DNA from: Leptospirales bacterium
GTDB lineage: Bacteria > Spirochaetota > Leptospiria > Leptospirales > Leptonemataceae
Direction: 5' to 3'
DNA: 64,000 nt
NCBI GenBank assembly: GCA_016788865.1
Contig: JAEUSB010000009.1
Span: 1-64,000, forward strand
Positions within the stretch are counted from its first letter, which is position 1. Each line of letters begins with the position of its first letter. The notes under the pieces are model-generated. The model was not told where the DNA came from, did not search any database, and saw only the letters and a program-made list of their open reading frames with translations. This document shows, piece after piece, positions 18,436 to 26,892 of the stretch. The translations under genes were made by a program, and so were the position numbers.

Positions 18436-18915
18436 TTGAACGAAGGATACACATCCGGGATTGCAAAGGATGCGGGCACAGGCCAGCGGCATGCAATTGT
18501 GCTGACGCGCTGGAACGCAAAGATTGTGGAGGCGCTGAAAGAGGGCGCGTTAGCCGAACTCGGTCGCTTTGGTGTCAGCGAGAAAGATGTCGAAGTCTTT
18601 TATGTTCCGGGCGCGTTTGAGCTCGGAAGCACCGCAAAAGCCATTGCGCTGACCGGTCGTTTTTCTTCCGTAATTTGCCTTGGCTGCGTCATTCGCGGTG
18701 ATACGGATCACTATCAGTTTGTGGCGGGCGAGGCAGCGCGCGGAATCTCTCAGGCGTCGCTTGATACCGGTGTTCCTGTCATATTTGGTGTACTGACAAC
18801 CAATACGGAACGCCAGGCGGAAGATCGCGCCGGGCCAACGGGCAATAAGGGAGCCGAGGCTGCGCAGACCGCCATTGAAATGGCAGGCTTGATGGCCAGG
18901 CTGAAGAAGCCATGA
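18436..18915 (+). CDS. ribH: 6,7-dimethyl-8-ribityllumazine synthase
   Basis: 159 aa with full-length similarity to RibH (HAIVLTRWNAKI...VPGAFELG...GVLTT). It is followed by nusB, as is typical. Confidence 0.9.
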   Translation: MNEGYTSGIAKDAGTGQRHAIVLTRWNAKIVEALKEGALAELGRFGVSEKDVEVFYVPGAFELGSTAKAIALTGRFSSVICLGCVIRGDTDHYQFVAGEAARGISQASLDTGVPVIFGVLTTNTERQAEDRAGPTGNKGAEAAQTAIEMAGLMARLKKP

Positions 18916-19364
18916 GCTCGTTTAAGAGACACAGGAACTCGCATGGTCGCGAGATTGCCCTCCAGGGCCTGTATCAGATCGAGATTGGCAATAGTCCCGT
19001 CGCTGAGGTGTTGCACTTCAAATGGCTGAACGAGCCTCTCGATAGCGAGGAAAGGGCCTTCTGCGAAGAGCTGATTGTCGGGGTTATTGACCACGGGCAG
19101 GCCCTGGATGATATTTTAGCTGCTTCTTCGACGGTAGATTTTAGTCAGATTTCAGCAATCGTCCGATGTATTATAAAAATGGGTATTTACGAAATCCGGA
19201 AATCCGGAAGGGAACCTTCTATAGTAATGGATGATCTGTTAAATCTGGCGCGCCGCTATGAGGGAGATCAGGCGGTTCCTTTCATCAATGGTATTCTGGA
19301 TCGTTACCTGCGTGATATGCAGGAGGCAGCTGTGAAGCGCCTGGCCCAGGAACCAGATGCATGA
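18912..19364 (+). CDS. nusB: Transcription antitermination factor NusB
   Basis: 150 aa with an N-terminal R-rich motif and a REIALQGLYQIE block. It overlaps ribH by 4 bp. Confidence 0.85.
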   Translation: MSSFKRHRNSHGREIALQGLYQIEIGNSPVAEVLHFKWLNEPLDSEERAFCEELIVGVIDHGQALDDILAASSTVDFSQISAIVRCIIKMGIYEIRKSGREPSIVMDDLLNLARRYEGDQAVPFINGILDRYLRDMQEAAVKRLAQEPDA

Positions 19365-21421
19365 CTCGTTTTACCCTTGAGGATGATTCCCGTACACCCT
19401 TGTTTGAGGGCGACCCGCTTAAACAAAGAAGACGATTTCGCCTGTATGTGATCGCAGGTGCGATTGCCTTCATATTGCTCCCAATCGGCGGCTGGATCGG
19501 TTACTATTATTGGAAGAAGGCGCACTCCGAGCCTGAAACGCTACTCGACCAAAAACTGCAGAGCCTGGACCTTGACGGGTTAAAGGACCGCATTTACATT
19601 CCGGAAGAGCAGGTTAGCCTGCCGCTTCAGAAGGCCATTGAGTTTTACAAATCCAACAATCGTGATCAGGCCAAACGCGAGTTCCAGAATTTCATCCTTA
19701 CGGGCGCCTCGGATCATGAAAAAGCAATTGCGCTGACGTACCTGGGCATCATGGCCATGGAGAGCGAAAAATTCCCGTTGGCGGAACACAATCTACTGCG
19801 CGCCATCAAGCTCGATGAGAAATTTGTTCCGGCACTCGTTAACCTTTCGATTGTTTCGCAAAAGCTAGGAAAAGTGGGCGAGGCCAGGCAGTTTGCAGAA
19901 CGCGCGCGCGAGCTTGCGCCAAAGGATCCACGTGTGGCAGCTCTGCTCGGGAATTTGCTTGCTGCAAACCAGGATCTGGCCGGAGCCATAGATACGTACC
20001 GAGAAGGTATTAAAGCAAATCCAGACGATGCAACACTGACGTACAACCTGGCCGTATCCCTCCTCAGAAGACAGAACTACGAAGAAGCAATACTTTATTT
20101 TTCTAAGGTAATCGCCATTTCTCCGGGCAGCGAGATTGCAGCCAGGTCGCAGGCACAGCTGGGCCAGATCTATTTTGCAAAAGGCAACTTTGAGATGGCC
20201 GCAGATCACATGCAGAAAGCGATCACAGTTGCTCCCGGAAATGCAAAGTATCTATACAATCTGGGCATCATTTATCTGAGAATGCGTAAGAATGCAGAAG
20301 CGGTCACAGCATTCAAACGCGCGCTGGATGCGGGCTCAGGCGACGCAGCAGTGTTCCGTGGCCTGGCGGCTGCTTTCTCTGAACTGAAACAGCCGGCTCT
20401 TGCAATCAAAGCTCTAAAGAAAGGACTCTATCTCAATCCAGACGACCTGGCGAGCCTGTTCTTGCTCGGCGATCTCTATCTGGACGAAAAGGACTTGCTG
20501 AACGCTGCTGATACCTATAAGCGAATTGTAAATATTACACCTGGCGACAAGAATACAGAGGATGCATTATTGCGGCTTGGGTCCGTTTATACGGAGCTTG
20601 AACGATTTAACGACGCACAGGACGCGCTTGAGCGTGTAACGTCTATCAATCCTGGAAATGTCCAGGCCAGCTACGCACTCGGAATCGTCTATAGAAAGGC
20701 CGGCCGTATGGAAATGGCTATTCAGGTCTGGAAACGCGCACTCAATCCCCCGGGTAATCCTGACAGCGACAGGACGGGACTGGCGCGTGAAGAAGAGCGA
20801 ACCATACGCATCGCACTTGCAGATGTGTACAGAAAGAACGGAGCGTTTGATCTGGCGTTGAATGAGTACAAGCTCATTGCGGCGCGAAATCGTGAAACGC
20901 CCGTGGTAGAAGAAGATCCATCGCTGGATCTCGATGTGGCGCGCACGTACCTGCAGCTGCGCAGCTATGATGTTGCAATCAAGTCTTATCGAATGGTGTC
21001 CGATGCACGCACTGCAACCCCGGAGCAACGAAAAGAAGCGTTTCGTGGTCTGGCTCTGGCTTACAGCAATAGCGGAAAACCTGAAGACCTGGATGCGGCG
21101 CGTTCTGAGATCAATAAAGCAATTCGTATGGATCCGGATGATTCCGATCTCCAACTCATGCGAGCTGGAATGCTGATGAAGACGGGCTCAATGGTGGACC
21201 GCGAAAAGGCCATTGAAGTTCTCACAGCTCTCACCGCCGGAGATATGGATTCAAACAAGGCATCGCAGGCGTACAACCTCCTCGGGCTTGCGTATCACAA
21301 GAACGGCGAATACAAGCGCGCCCTCCGAGCTTTTGACTCTGCAATCCAATTGAACCCGCAGAATCGCGAAGCCTACGAGAACCAGCGCGTGAGTTCCAAC
21401 GCCTTCGAAAATCAGCGCTAG
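19361..21421 (+). CDS. Tetratricopeptide-repeat protein with N-terminal TM anchor
   Basis: 686 aa. After the TM helix (LYVIAGAIAFILLPIGGWIGYYYW) there are more than 12 recognisable TPR units (W/LG/Y, A, F, A, P patterns). Confidence 0.8.
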   Translation: MTRFTLEDDSRTPLFEGDPLKQRRRFRLYVIAGAIAFILLPIGGWIGYYYWKKAHSEPETLLDQKLQSLDLDGLKDRIYIPEEQVSLPLQKAIEFYKSNNRDQAKREFQNFILTGASDHEKAIALTYLGIMAMESEKFPLAEHNLLRAIKLDEKFVPALVNLSIVSQKLGKVGEARQFAERARELAPKDPRVAALLGNLLAANQDLAGAIDTYREGIKANPDDATLTYNLAVSLLRRQNYEEAILYFSKVIAISPGSEIAARSQAQLGQIYFAKGNFEMAADHMQKAITVAPGNAKYLYNLGIIYLRMRKNAEAVTAFKRALDAGSGDAAVFRGLAAAFSELKQPALAIKALKKGLYLNPDDLASLFLLGDLYLDEKDLLNAADTYKRIVNITPGDKNTEDALLRLGSVYTELERFNDAQDALERVTSINPGNVQASYALGIVYRKAGRMEMAIQVWKRALNPPGNPDSDRTGLAREEERTIRIALADVYRKNGAFDLALNEYKLIAARNRETPVVEEDPSLDLDVARTYLQLRSYDVAIKSYRMVSDARTATPEQRKEAFRGLALAYSNSGKPEDLDAARSEINKAIRMDPDDSDLQLMRAGMLMKTGSMVDREKAIEVLTALTAGDMDSNKASQAYNLLGLAYHKNGEYKRALRAFDSAIQLNPQNREAYENQRVSSNAFENQR

Positions 21422-21882
21422 GATGCGCCAATGCTCCAACCGTATCCCAGAAATCCTGCCAGGACGATGTGAACTGCAAGGTAGAAAAGCAGCAGATAGC
21501 GCCGGGGGATTAGAAGCAGCGTGGCCGTGACAACTATGGGAACTGCAATCCCCATGATCACAGAAACGCTCATGTACAGGCTTTCCTGGTTTTGCGCGAT
21601 ACGATACAGCAGACTGATCTGTCGATCATAGAACGCAATTTGACGCGCATTCAAATGAGAGACCAGAGCGTATCCGCCGCTGCAGAGAGCCACGCCGCCC
21701 AGGAACAGTGCACCCATCCAGCCCTTGCGAATACAGAGAATGGCCGTCCAGAGAGCGGGAACAACCAAACAATAGACCAGGATATTCAATAGAGCATACG
21801 ATAGTCCGGTTTGTCCGCAAACCCATTCAAACAGTACGACCGTTTGATGAAACAGGTGTTGGGTGAAGTTGTCGCCCGTCAT
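21418..21882 (-). CDS. Hypothetical integral membrane protein (about 4 TM)
   Basis: 154 aa and hydrophobic throughout. Confidence 0.5.
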   Translation of the reverse strand: MTGDNFTQHLFHQTVVLFEWVCGQTGLSYALLNILVYCLVVPALWTAILCIRKGWMGALFLGGVALCSGGYALVSHLNARQIAFYDRQISLLYRIAQNQESLYMSVSVIMGIAVPIVVTATLLLIPRRYLLLFYLAVHIVLAGFLGYGWSIGAS

Positions 21883-21920
21883 GCGTGCGCGAGGATCTGT
21901 TCAGCGCTGGCCAGGAGTTC

Positions 21921-22532
21921 TCACGCGCCCCACAGGCCCATTGGCACTGTACTGTATAGATAGTAGGAACTGCCGATTAGGGCAAAATGGTAGATATCAT
22001 TGTGAAGCTTGCGGGTGCGCAACCACTCGACTCTTTCGAGAAGCATCCAGAGCGCGTTGGAGGCAATCAGAAAGATCCAGGCTATGCGCAGTTCCGCTTT
22101 TGATACGGCCGCACACAATCCGTAAATGCCAACCAGCGCAAGCGCTATGTAGCCAAATTTGCCCCACGATTCGCCGTAGAGAGAGCGAATGTACAGCCCG
22201 GCGAGAATTGCAGTCCACAGCAGCCCGGCTACCAGGAGCCATGGATTCACTTTGATGGCAATGAGCGTGAGGCCATTCAAGATCACGACGAAAACACTGA
22301 TCAAAATCCAGAAAAAGTTATGACGACTGCGCGTTTTGTCAATTGCAGGGATGTGGACGAGCATTCCCAGGAGCTTTAAGATGAAAACGCAAAGGAACGT
22401 GAGAAAAATAAACGCGGTAAAGTTTGGCTGCCCGGAGTTCAGGCCCACATATACCAGTACCGTATAGGTTCCCAGGGCAATTGCATGCATTGCATTTGTG
22501 ATCGAGTTGAGCATTGAGGGACAATAACGCAT
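21921..22532 (-). CDS. Hypothetical integral membrane protein (about 6 TM)
   Basis: 203 aa and hydrophobic throughout. Confidence 0.5.
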   Translation of the reverse strand: MRYCPSMLNSITNAMHAIALGTYTVLVYVGLNSGQPNFTAFIFLTFLCVFILKLLGMLVHIPAIDKTRSRHNFFWILISVFVVILNGLTLIAIKVNPWLLVAGLLWTAILAGLYIRSLYGESWGKFGYIALALVGIYGLCAAVSKAELRIAWIFLIASNALWMLLERVEWLRTRKLHNDIYHFALIGSSYYLYSTVPMGLWGA

Positions 22533-22597
22533 GTGACGATCTTCTCGTCAATTCACGCTTGACGCTCGACCCTCCAATCCGAGACTGCCCGGAAGCC

Positions 22598-22670
22598 GAG
22601 GCGTTAGCTCAGTCGGTAGAGCATTTCCCTTTTAAGGAAGTGGTCCCGGGTTCAAGTCCCGGACGCCTCA
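22598..22670 (+). tRNA. tRNA-Lys (anticodon TTT)
   Basis: Cloverleaf folded by hand. Acceptor stem GAGGCGT/ACGCCTC, D-arm TAGCTCAGTCGGTAGAGCA, anticodon stem TTTCC/GGAAG with loop CTTTTAA, T-arm CCGGG-TTCAAGT-CCCGG. Confidence 0.9.
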
Positions 22671-22717
22671 AATTCTGATTGCATCCACGCACTTTTGCAA
22701 AAATGCAGTCTGAAACC

Positions 22718-22789
22718 GCCCCGTTCATCTAGCGGTTAGGATATCGGATTTTCATTCCGAGCACAGGGGTTCGATTCCCCTACGGGGTA
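22718..22789 (+). tRNA. tRNA-Glu (anticodon TTC)
   Basis: Anticodon stem TCGGA/TCCGA with loop TTTTCAT. T-arm AGGGG-TTCGATT-CCCCT. Acceptor stem GCCCCGT/ACGGGGT with a 1-72 G-U, so the exact 5' end is +/-1 nt. Confidence 0.8.
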
Positions 22790-22924
22790 CATTTTTTTCC
22801 TTCTTAGATTTCCCTTCCAGTTCAGGGCTTCACCCGCCAATTCCCGGTTCCTATTGTTTTATGCGACAATCACTGTGTTCTGTCTTGACCTGAGACTGCT
22901 TTTGGGCAAATTGGTTTTTCCTTT

Positions 22925-22998
22925 GGAGTTGTAGCTCAGTTGGTTAGAGCGCCGGTCTGTCACACCGGAGGCCGCGGGTTCAAGTCCCGTCAGCTCCG
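22925..22998 (+). tRNA. tRNA-Asp (anticodon GTC)
   Basis: Acceptor stem GGAGTTG/CAGCTCC. D-arm GCTCAGTTGGTTAGAGC. Anticodon stem CCGGT/ACCGG with loop CTGTCAC. T-arm GCGGG-TTCAAGT-CCCGT. Confidence 0.9.
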
Positions 22999-23165
22999 CA
23001 TTTCACTTGCAATGTATGGTCCTCGCACAGGTCCAACCGCAGACGAGGTCAGGTCGACCCCTGGACTCCATTCAAATTGCAATGAATAATTCTCGCACCC
23101 TTCTAACCATTCCGGTGAACCTTTAGCGGAATCTGATATGGACAAGAAGATCAACTCCGTCCTGG

Positions 23166-23726
23166 TTGCGTTGGCCCCCCGCACTTCTTTGCTGGGGGGT
23201 CTACCTTGGATTCACGCGGTCGTCGATCGCAGGGGATATTTATGACTGGCAAGTCGCCGTGTTCGATAACATTCGCTCTGCGCGCATTGTCACGGCAATG
23301 ATCATGCTATTGCCCGGAACGCTTGTCATATTGTGGATCGGAAAACGCCTTGATTCTCAGCGGAACAGGATCCCGACAATGACCTGTCGGTGCAGTATTT
23401 GCAAAAAAATCGCGGGGATAGTTCAGCTGCTCCCTCCGATTCATCCGGATAGTGTATCGCAGAAGCATACACTATCCTGGGGGCTTTTCCATGAGAAACG
23501 GCGCATTGCGCTGGATAGAGTTGGTCAAATTGCTGACATTCTCAATTCGGGGGACGTGCTTGCTCTCTATCTCTTTCATCGCTTGTCGGCACCCTTCTAC
23601 TGCCCCGCTTGCCGGCGAAACTATTGTGAAAAACACTGGCGGGTCGAAAGGCATCATGACGGAATGCATGCCGATTTGTCCTATGGTTATTGTCCAGAGG
23701 GACACAGGAGAATAGTCGACGGCTGA
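23166..23726 (+). CDS. Hypothetical protein with paired CxxC motifs (zinc-ribbon-like)
   Basis: 186 aa with an N-terminal hydrophobic segment, then CRCSIC and CPACRRNYC motifs. Confidence 0.45.
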   Translation: MRWPPALLCWGVYLGFTRSSIAGDIYDWQVAVFDNIRSARIVTAMIMLLPGTLVILWIGKRLDSQRNRIPTMTCRCSICKKIAGIVQLLPPIHPDSVSQKHTLSWGLFHEKRRIALDRVGQIADILNSGDVLALYLFHRLSAPFYCPACRRNYCEKHWRVERHHDGMHADLSYGYCPEGHRRIVDG

Positions 23727-23786
23727 TTGGGGCGACCTCAATCCATTCTTTGTATTTTTTTGATGAACGCCCACCGGGCTCCCTCA

Positions 23787-24527
23787 AGGCCATCCAATCA
23801 GGTTGGACTTTTCCTCATCGGTCAGTTCGGTAACTTTGATTCTGTAGCTGCCGGGCTCAAGCCCAGAAGTCACAACAATATACAGCGTTCCGGGATTTAC
23901 AATTTGGTTTGAATAGTCTTTGCACAAGAACTTCTGATTCTGATAAACCTAAGCGCGCGGATAAAAGGACTGATTGGCCGGTAAATCCTCGCGTTGCACT
24001 CGAACCCGGACTCCTGTCTTGTTTCTGATTTCAAGCGAATAGAAATCGGCCAGGGAACCGTCAGGAAGTTTGCGGCTGCTTTTTGTAATGGACGACGATC
24101 GTTCTTCTCCCATGCCGATTGGAATGGAAGTCGGTGATTTGCTGACGTCAGACGGTACGCGAGTTTCCCGATCGAATGCGGCGAAGTTTGTATAGTTTTC
24201 GTAACTTCCGTGACCGCCCGTGTATCCTTCCGTGTATGTGAAGAATATCTTTGAATTACAGGTGAAGCCTTTACCCCTGGCCTCGATTTGCAGATAGCCT
24301 CTGCCGCGACTTCTACTGCTGTCCGGAAAGAGATCCGAGCTAACACTGGTGAATTCCATTGGCTCAACTGGCTGCCAGCCACAGACGGCCAGTGTCAGGT
24401 CAGAACCTTTCGCGGAGAACTGAGAACGTTCCAGCGTGCGAACGGAGGTTCTGATTTCTGAATTGGTCATGATACAAAAGGAGCTGAGCAATGGGAGGGC
24501 GAGCAATGCCAGTCTTTGCTTTTGCAT
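23787..24527 (-). pseudogene. Secreted protein gene interrupted by an in-frame TAG (pseudogene, sequencing error or readthrough)
   Basis: The 192-aa ORF 23949-24527 has a signal peptide (MQKQRLALLALPLLSSFC) and ends at TAG 23949-23951. The same frame then continues for 54 protein-like codons (VYQNQKF...NPGTLYIVVTSGLEPGSYRIKVTELTDEEK...), reading like a beta-sandwich strand, to TGA at 23784. Confidence 0.45.
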
Positions 24528-24551
24528 CAGATAAATCCTGGAGAACCGGGG

Positions 24552-24899
24552 CTACTTGACGCAACGCGCGTTGATCTTATCCGATTTCCTGGTATCGTAC
24601 GCGCTTTTGAAATCGAAGTTGAAAACGTACGCTCTTTCCGTATTGGTTTCGTGTTCTTCTGAAGTCCAGTACAGGCCGTAATCCCAGGCGCTGGTTGTCC
24701 CGGCCTTGTGGGCCGCCTCGATCTCTTTCCGTAGCGGAAGGCGCATCCCCTTTTCCTGGCATTGTAGTGACGATTCGGCCCAGTCCACTCTGCCAGGCAG
24801 TTCGTCGCTCCATTTGAGTTCTCCGGCATTCAGGTAAGCCGACCAAAAGGAAGTGAGGATTGCAAGAAGCAACGCTGTTTTGATTTTGAAGGTCTTCAT
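24552..24899 (-). CDS. Secreted DUF1566 (Lcl C-terminal domain-like) protein
   Basis: 115 aa with a signal peptide. The KWSD...CQEKGMRLPLRKEIEAA...YWTSEE pattern is typical of DUF1566 proteins. Confidence 0.55.
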   Translation of the reverse strand: MKTFKIKTALLLAILTSFWSAYLNAGELKWSDELPGRVDWAESSLQCQEKGMRLPLRKEIEAAHKAGTTSAWDYGLYWTSEEHETNTERAYVFNFDFKSAYDTRKSDKINARCVK

Positions 24900-24989
24900 T
24901 CTACGAGTAAGCCTGGGGGGATCTGGAAAATATTCAACTATTTTTAGCCCGTGTTTTCTGCAGCCTGTAGGCTATCGAACTGGCCAGAG

Positions 24990-25961
24990 CTAACGGTCTG
25001 ACAGGTCAATCCAGTCAAGCCTATCTGCCTGGGTTGTACGGAGCTTTGTCAATTGTCTACCGTTAGGCGATTTTGAATAAATCAAACGAATATTCTTTCT
25101 ACATCCGAGGTTGCCGCCTTCATCCACCATGCGGCAATCGTCTTCCTGGGAAAGAAGTACGGCCAGGGTTTGACCATCCGGTGAGAAAGCCAGATCCTTC
25201 ACTCCTTCGAAACCTCGACCGGTTAGAAAACCAGGAGAATCAAGGGCACGGAGTTTGAGAAGAATCCCCGGGCTTGATGCTGGACCGAACGCTTCACTGA
25301 TCCAGATATCCGCCGGTGAGAGCTTTTCATCCTGGCGCTCGATGGGTGAAATCCGCGCTGCAACAGTTCCAGTGCGAGAGATGGCTAGATCAAAAACATA
25401 GTATCCGCTGAGTTCGCCAACTCGAACAGGAGGTCCATTACGGCCAATCGTGTAGAAGGAAATATTCTGATTCTTTATCAGGCAAAACGCTCCAAGGCCA
25501 TGGCCGTTACCGGCTACTGCCCCAATCCGCTCATCGGGTCCTGCCTCGAACAATATTCGCTCCTCTGCCGGGCTTCCGGGCTGCGATGTCAGTATAAGTC
25601 TTGTCTCCTTCTGGTAGGTGCCAGAAGCCTTCAGGTACAACCCCGGCTCAAGCGGTCGACGTGGGCTCTCTTTCTCAACAATGGCCCATTCGCCGGATGA
25701 TAGAAATCGAAATGCTCCAAACGAGACGCCACCTGCAATCGAATCTTTCTTGAGCGCGGGATCGAGATCGTAGGCGGCTCCCGATTCCGGATCTACCAGG
25801 ATCATTCTGCGGCCATGGACTCCTTCGCGGCCCGATGAGAAGGCAAGAATGCCCGTGCCGGAATAATTTCGGAACGCCGGTTGCTCCTCAAGATACTCGC
25901 GCCCGCGGCAACTGTTCATGACGAACAAGGTCAATAGGAGAAGGATGCGCGACACGAGCAT
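24990..25961 (-). CDS. Secreted hypothetical protein, possibly beta-propeller (TolB-like repeats)
   Basis: 323 aa with a signal peptide. It contains repeated SPDGQ/G-rich strand patterns (FSPDGQTLAVL). Confidence 0.5.
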   Translation of the reverse strand: MLVSRILLLLTLFVMNSCRGREYLEEQPAFRNYSGTGILAFSSGREGVHGRRMILVDPESGAAYDLDPALKKDSIAGGVSFGAFRFLSSGEWAIVEKESPRRPLEPGLYLKASGTYQKETRLILTSQPGSPAEERILFEAGPDERIGAVAGNGHGLGAFCLIKNQNISFYTIGRNGPPVRVGELSGYYVFDLAISRTGTVAARISPIERQDEKLSPADIWISEAFGPASSPGILLKLRALDSPGFLTGRGFEGVKDLAFSPDGQTLAVLLSQEDDCRMVDEGGNLGCRKNIRLIYSKSPNGRQLTKLRTTQADRLDWIDLSDR

Positions 25962-26037
25962 AGGGTTCCTGTGGCTCAGTGAGTTTTGAAGCGCGGCGGA
26001 ATTCCAGTATTATTTTCGGCCACCTCTTATACGCTTC

Positions 26038-26198
26038 CGAAACCCGTTCGCGACAAGACCCACGCAGATTTATCCGGCCGGGCAGGTTGCGGTGTGTCGA
26101 GCGCAACAGCGCGGCCCGAGCGTCCGCAACGGCGGAGCGAAGGGCGATGCACGCAACTGCCCGACCGGCAAACCCGCGCGGGGGCCGCCGGAGCGAAG
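26038..26198 (+). repeat. Repeat family copy A (long form, upstream boundary of the giant-protein locus)
   Basis: The 5' ~40 nt (GAAACCCGTTCGCGACAAGACCCACGCAGATTTATCCGG) and the 3' ~35 nt (ACCGGCAAACCCGCGCGGGGGCCGCCGGAGCGAAG) match copy B at 40525-40688. The central ~85 nt differ. Confidence 0.65.
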
Positions 26199-26244
26199 TT
26201 TTTTTGATTGCACGATATTTGCCCTTGGGCGTCTAACGGTCCGC

Positions 26245-26892
26245 ATGGTCTCGCGCCATAGACACGGATTTCGCCTCTTTGTGCTTCTGGCATGTTTGTA
26301 TGCGCCAGCACTGTTGCATGCGCGCTTAACGTCAGAAAACATCGCTCATTCAGGCGATGCTGCAATGCAAGACGAATACGACATAAGTTCTCCTTTCGCA
26401 TCGAGCATTCGTGCGGCGAGTGGAGTAAACGAAAGTATCAATATCTTGCGCCGTGAAACAGCTCGCATGGAATCGGATTCGTTTGAGACGTTCCTGGTCG
26501 AGTCTGAATTGCGCGAAGAGCGCATTGCAATTGGTGCGCTACAGTCTGCAGAAAGATCTATTTCAACCGGAAAGATCATTGAGAGTATCGCGGTCACGGC
26601 CGGGAGTTTCACTCTGGATGGCCTGGATTCGCGCGAAACGAGATTCAAACATATAAAAGACGTAAGATCTTTGAACTCATTTACAGAAGGCGTGCGAATC
26701 GCCCTTCACTATCACTCAATCCGGCAAGGTTACATTCCGGATGATGGTTTACACATCTCTCTTTTCTTCCTGCCAGCGCGCTTTGTTCCATCCTTCTTCA
26801 CTCTTCCTCCTCCCATCATCCAACTAACTAGAACAACCACATGCGACAAGGGCTGTAGCCATTCGCGCGCGCTAATCGGGGTCCTCACATGA
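26245..26892 (+). CDS. Small secreted hypothetical protein (first gene of the giant-protein locus)
   Basis: About 215 aa starting at the Met that precedes the signal-like segment RHGFRLFVLLACLYAPALLHA. The longer ORF-track start at 26092 would run through repeat A. Its stop overlaps the next start (ATGA). Confidence 0.5.
   Translation: MVSRHRHGFRLFVLLACLYAPALLHARLTSENIAHSGDAAMQDEYDISSPFASSIRAASGVNESINILRRETARMESDSFETFLVESELREERIAIGALQSAERSISTGKIIESIAVTAGSFTLDGLDSRETRFKHIKDVRSLNSFTEGVRIALHYHSIRQGYIPDDGLHISLFFLPARFVPSFFTLPPPIIQLTRTTTCDKGCSHSRALIGVLT

Noticed and set aside
23727-23912. 61-aa plus-strand ORF
   Set aside because: It is antisense to the protein-like continuation of the TAG-interrupted minus-strand gene. 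Its composition is poor, so it is a likely artefact.
25979-26236. ORFs 25979-26236(+), 25986-26207(+), 26027-26401(-) and 26070-26342(-), and the 26092 start of the 266-aa ORF
   Set aside because: They read through repeat copy A with Arg/Ala/Pro-rich translations. The downstream gene more plausibly starts at Met 26245 just before its signal-like segment.
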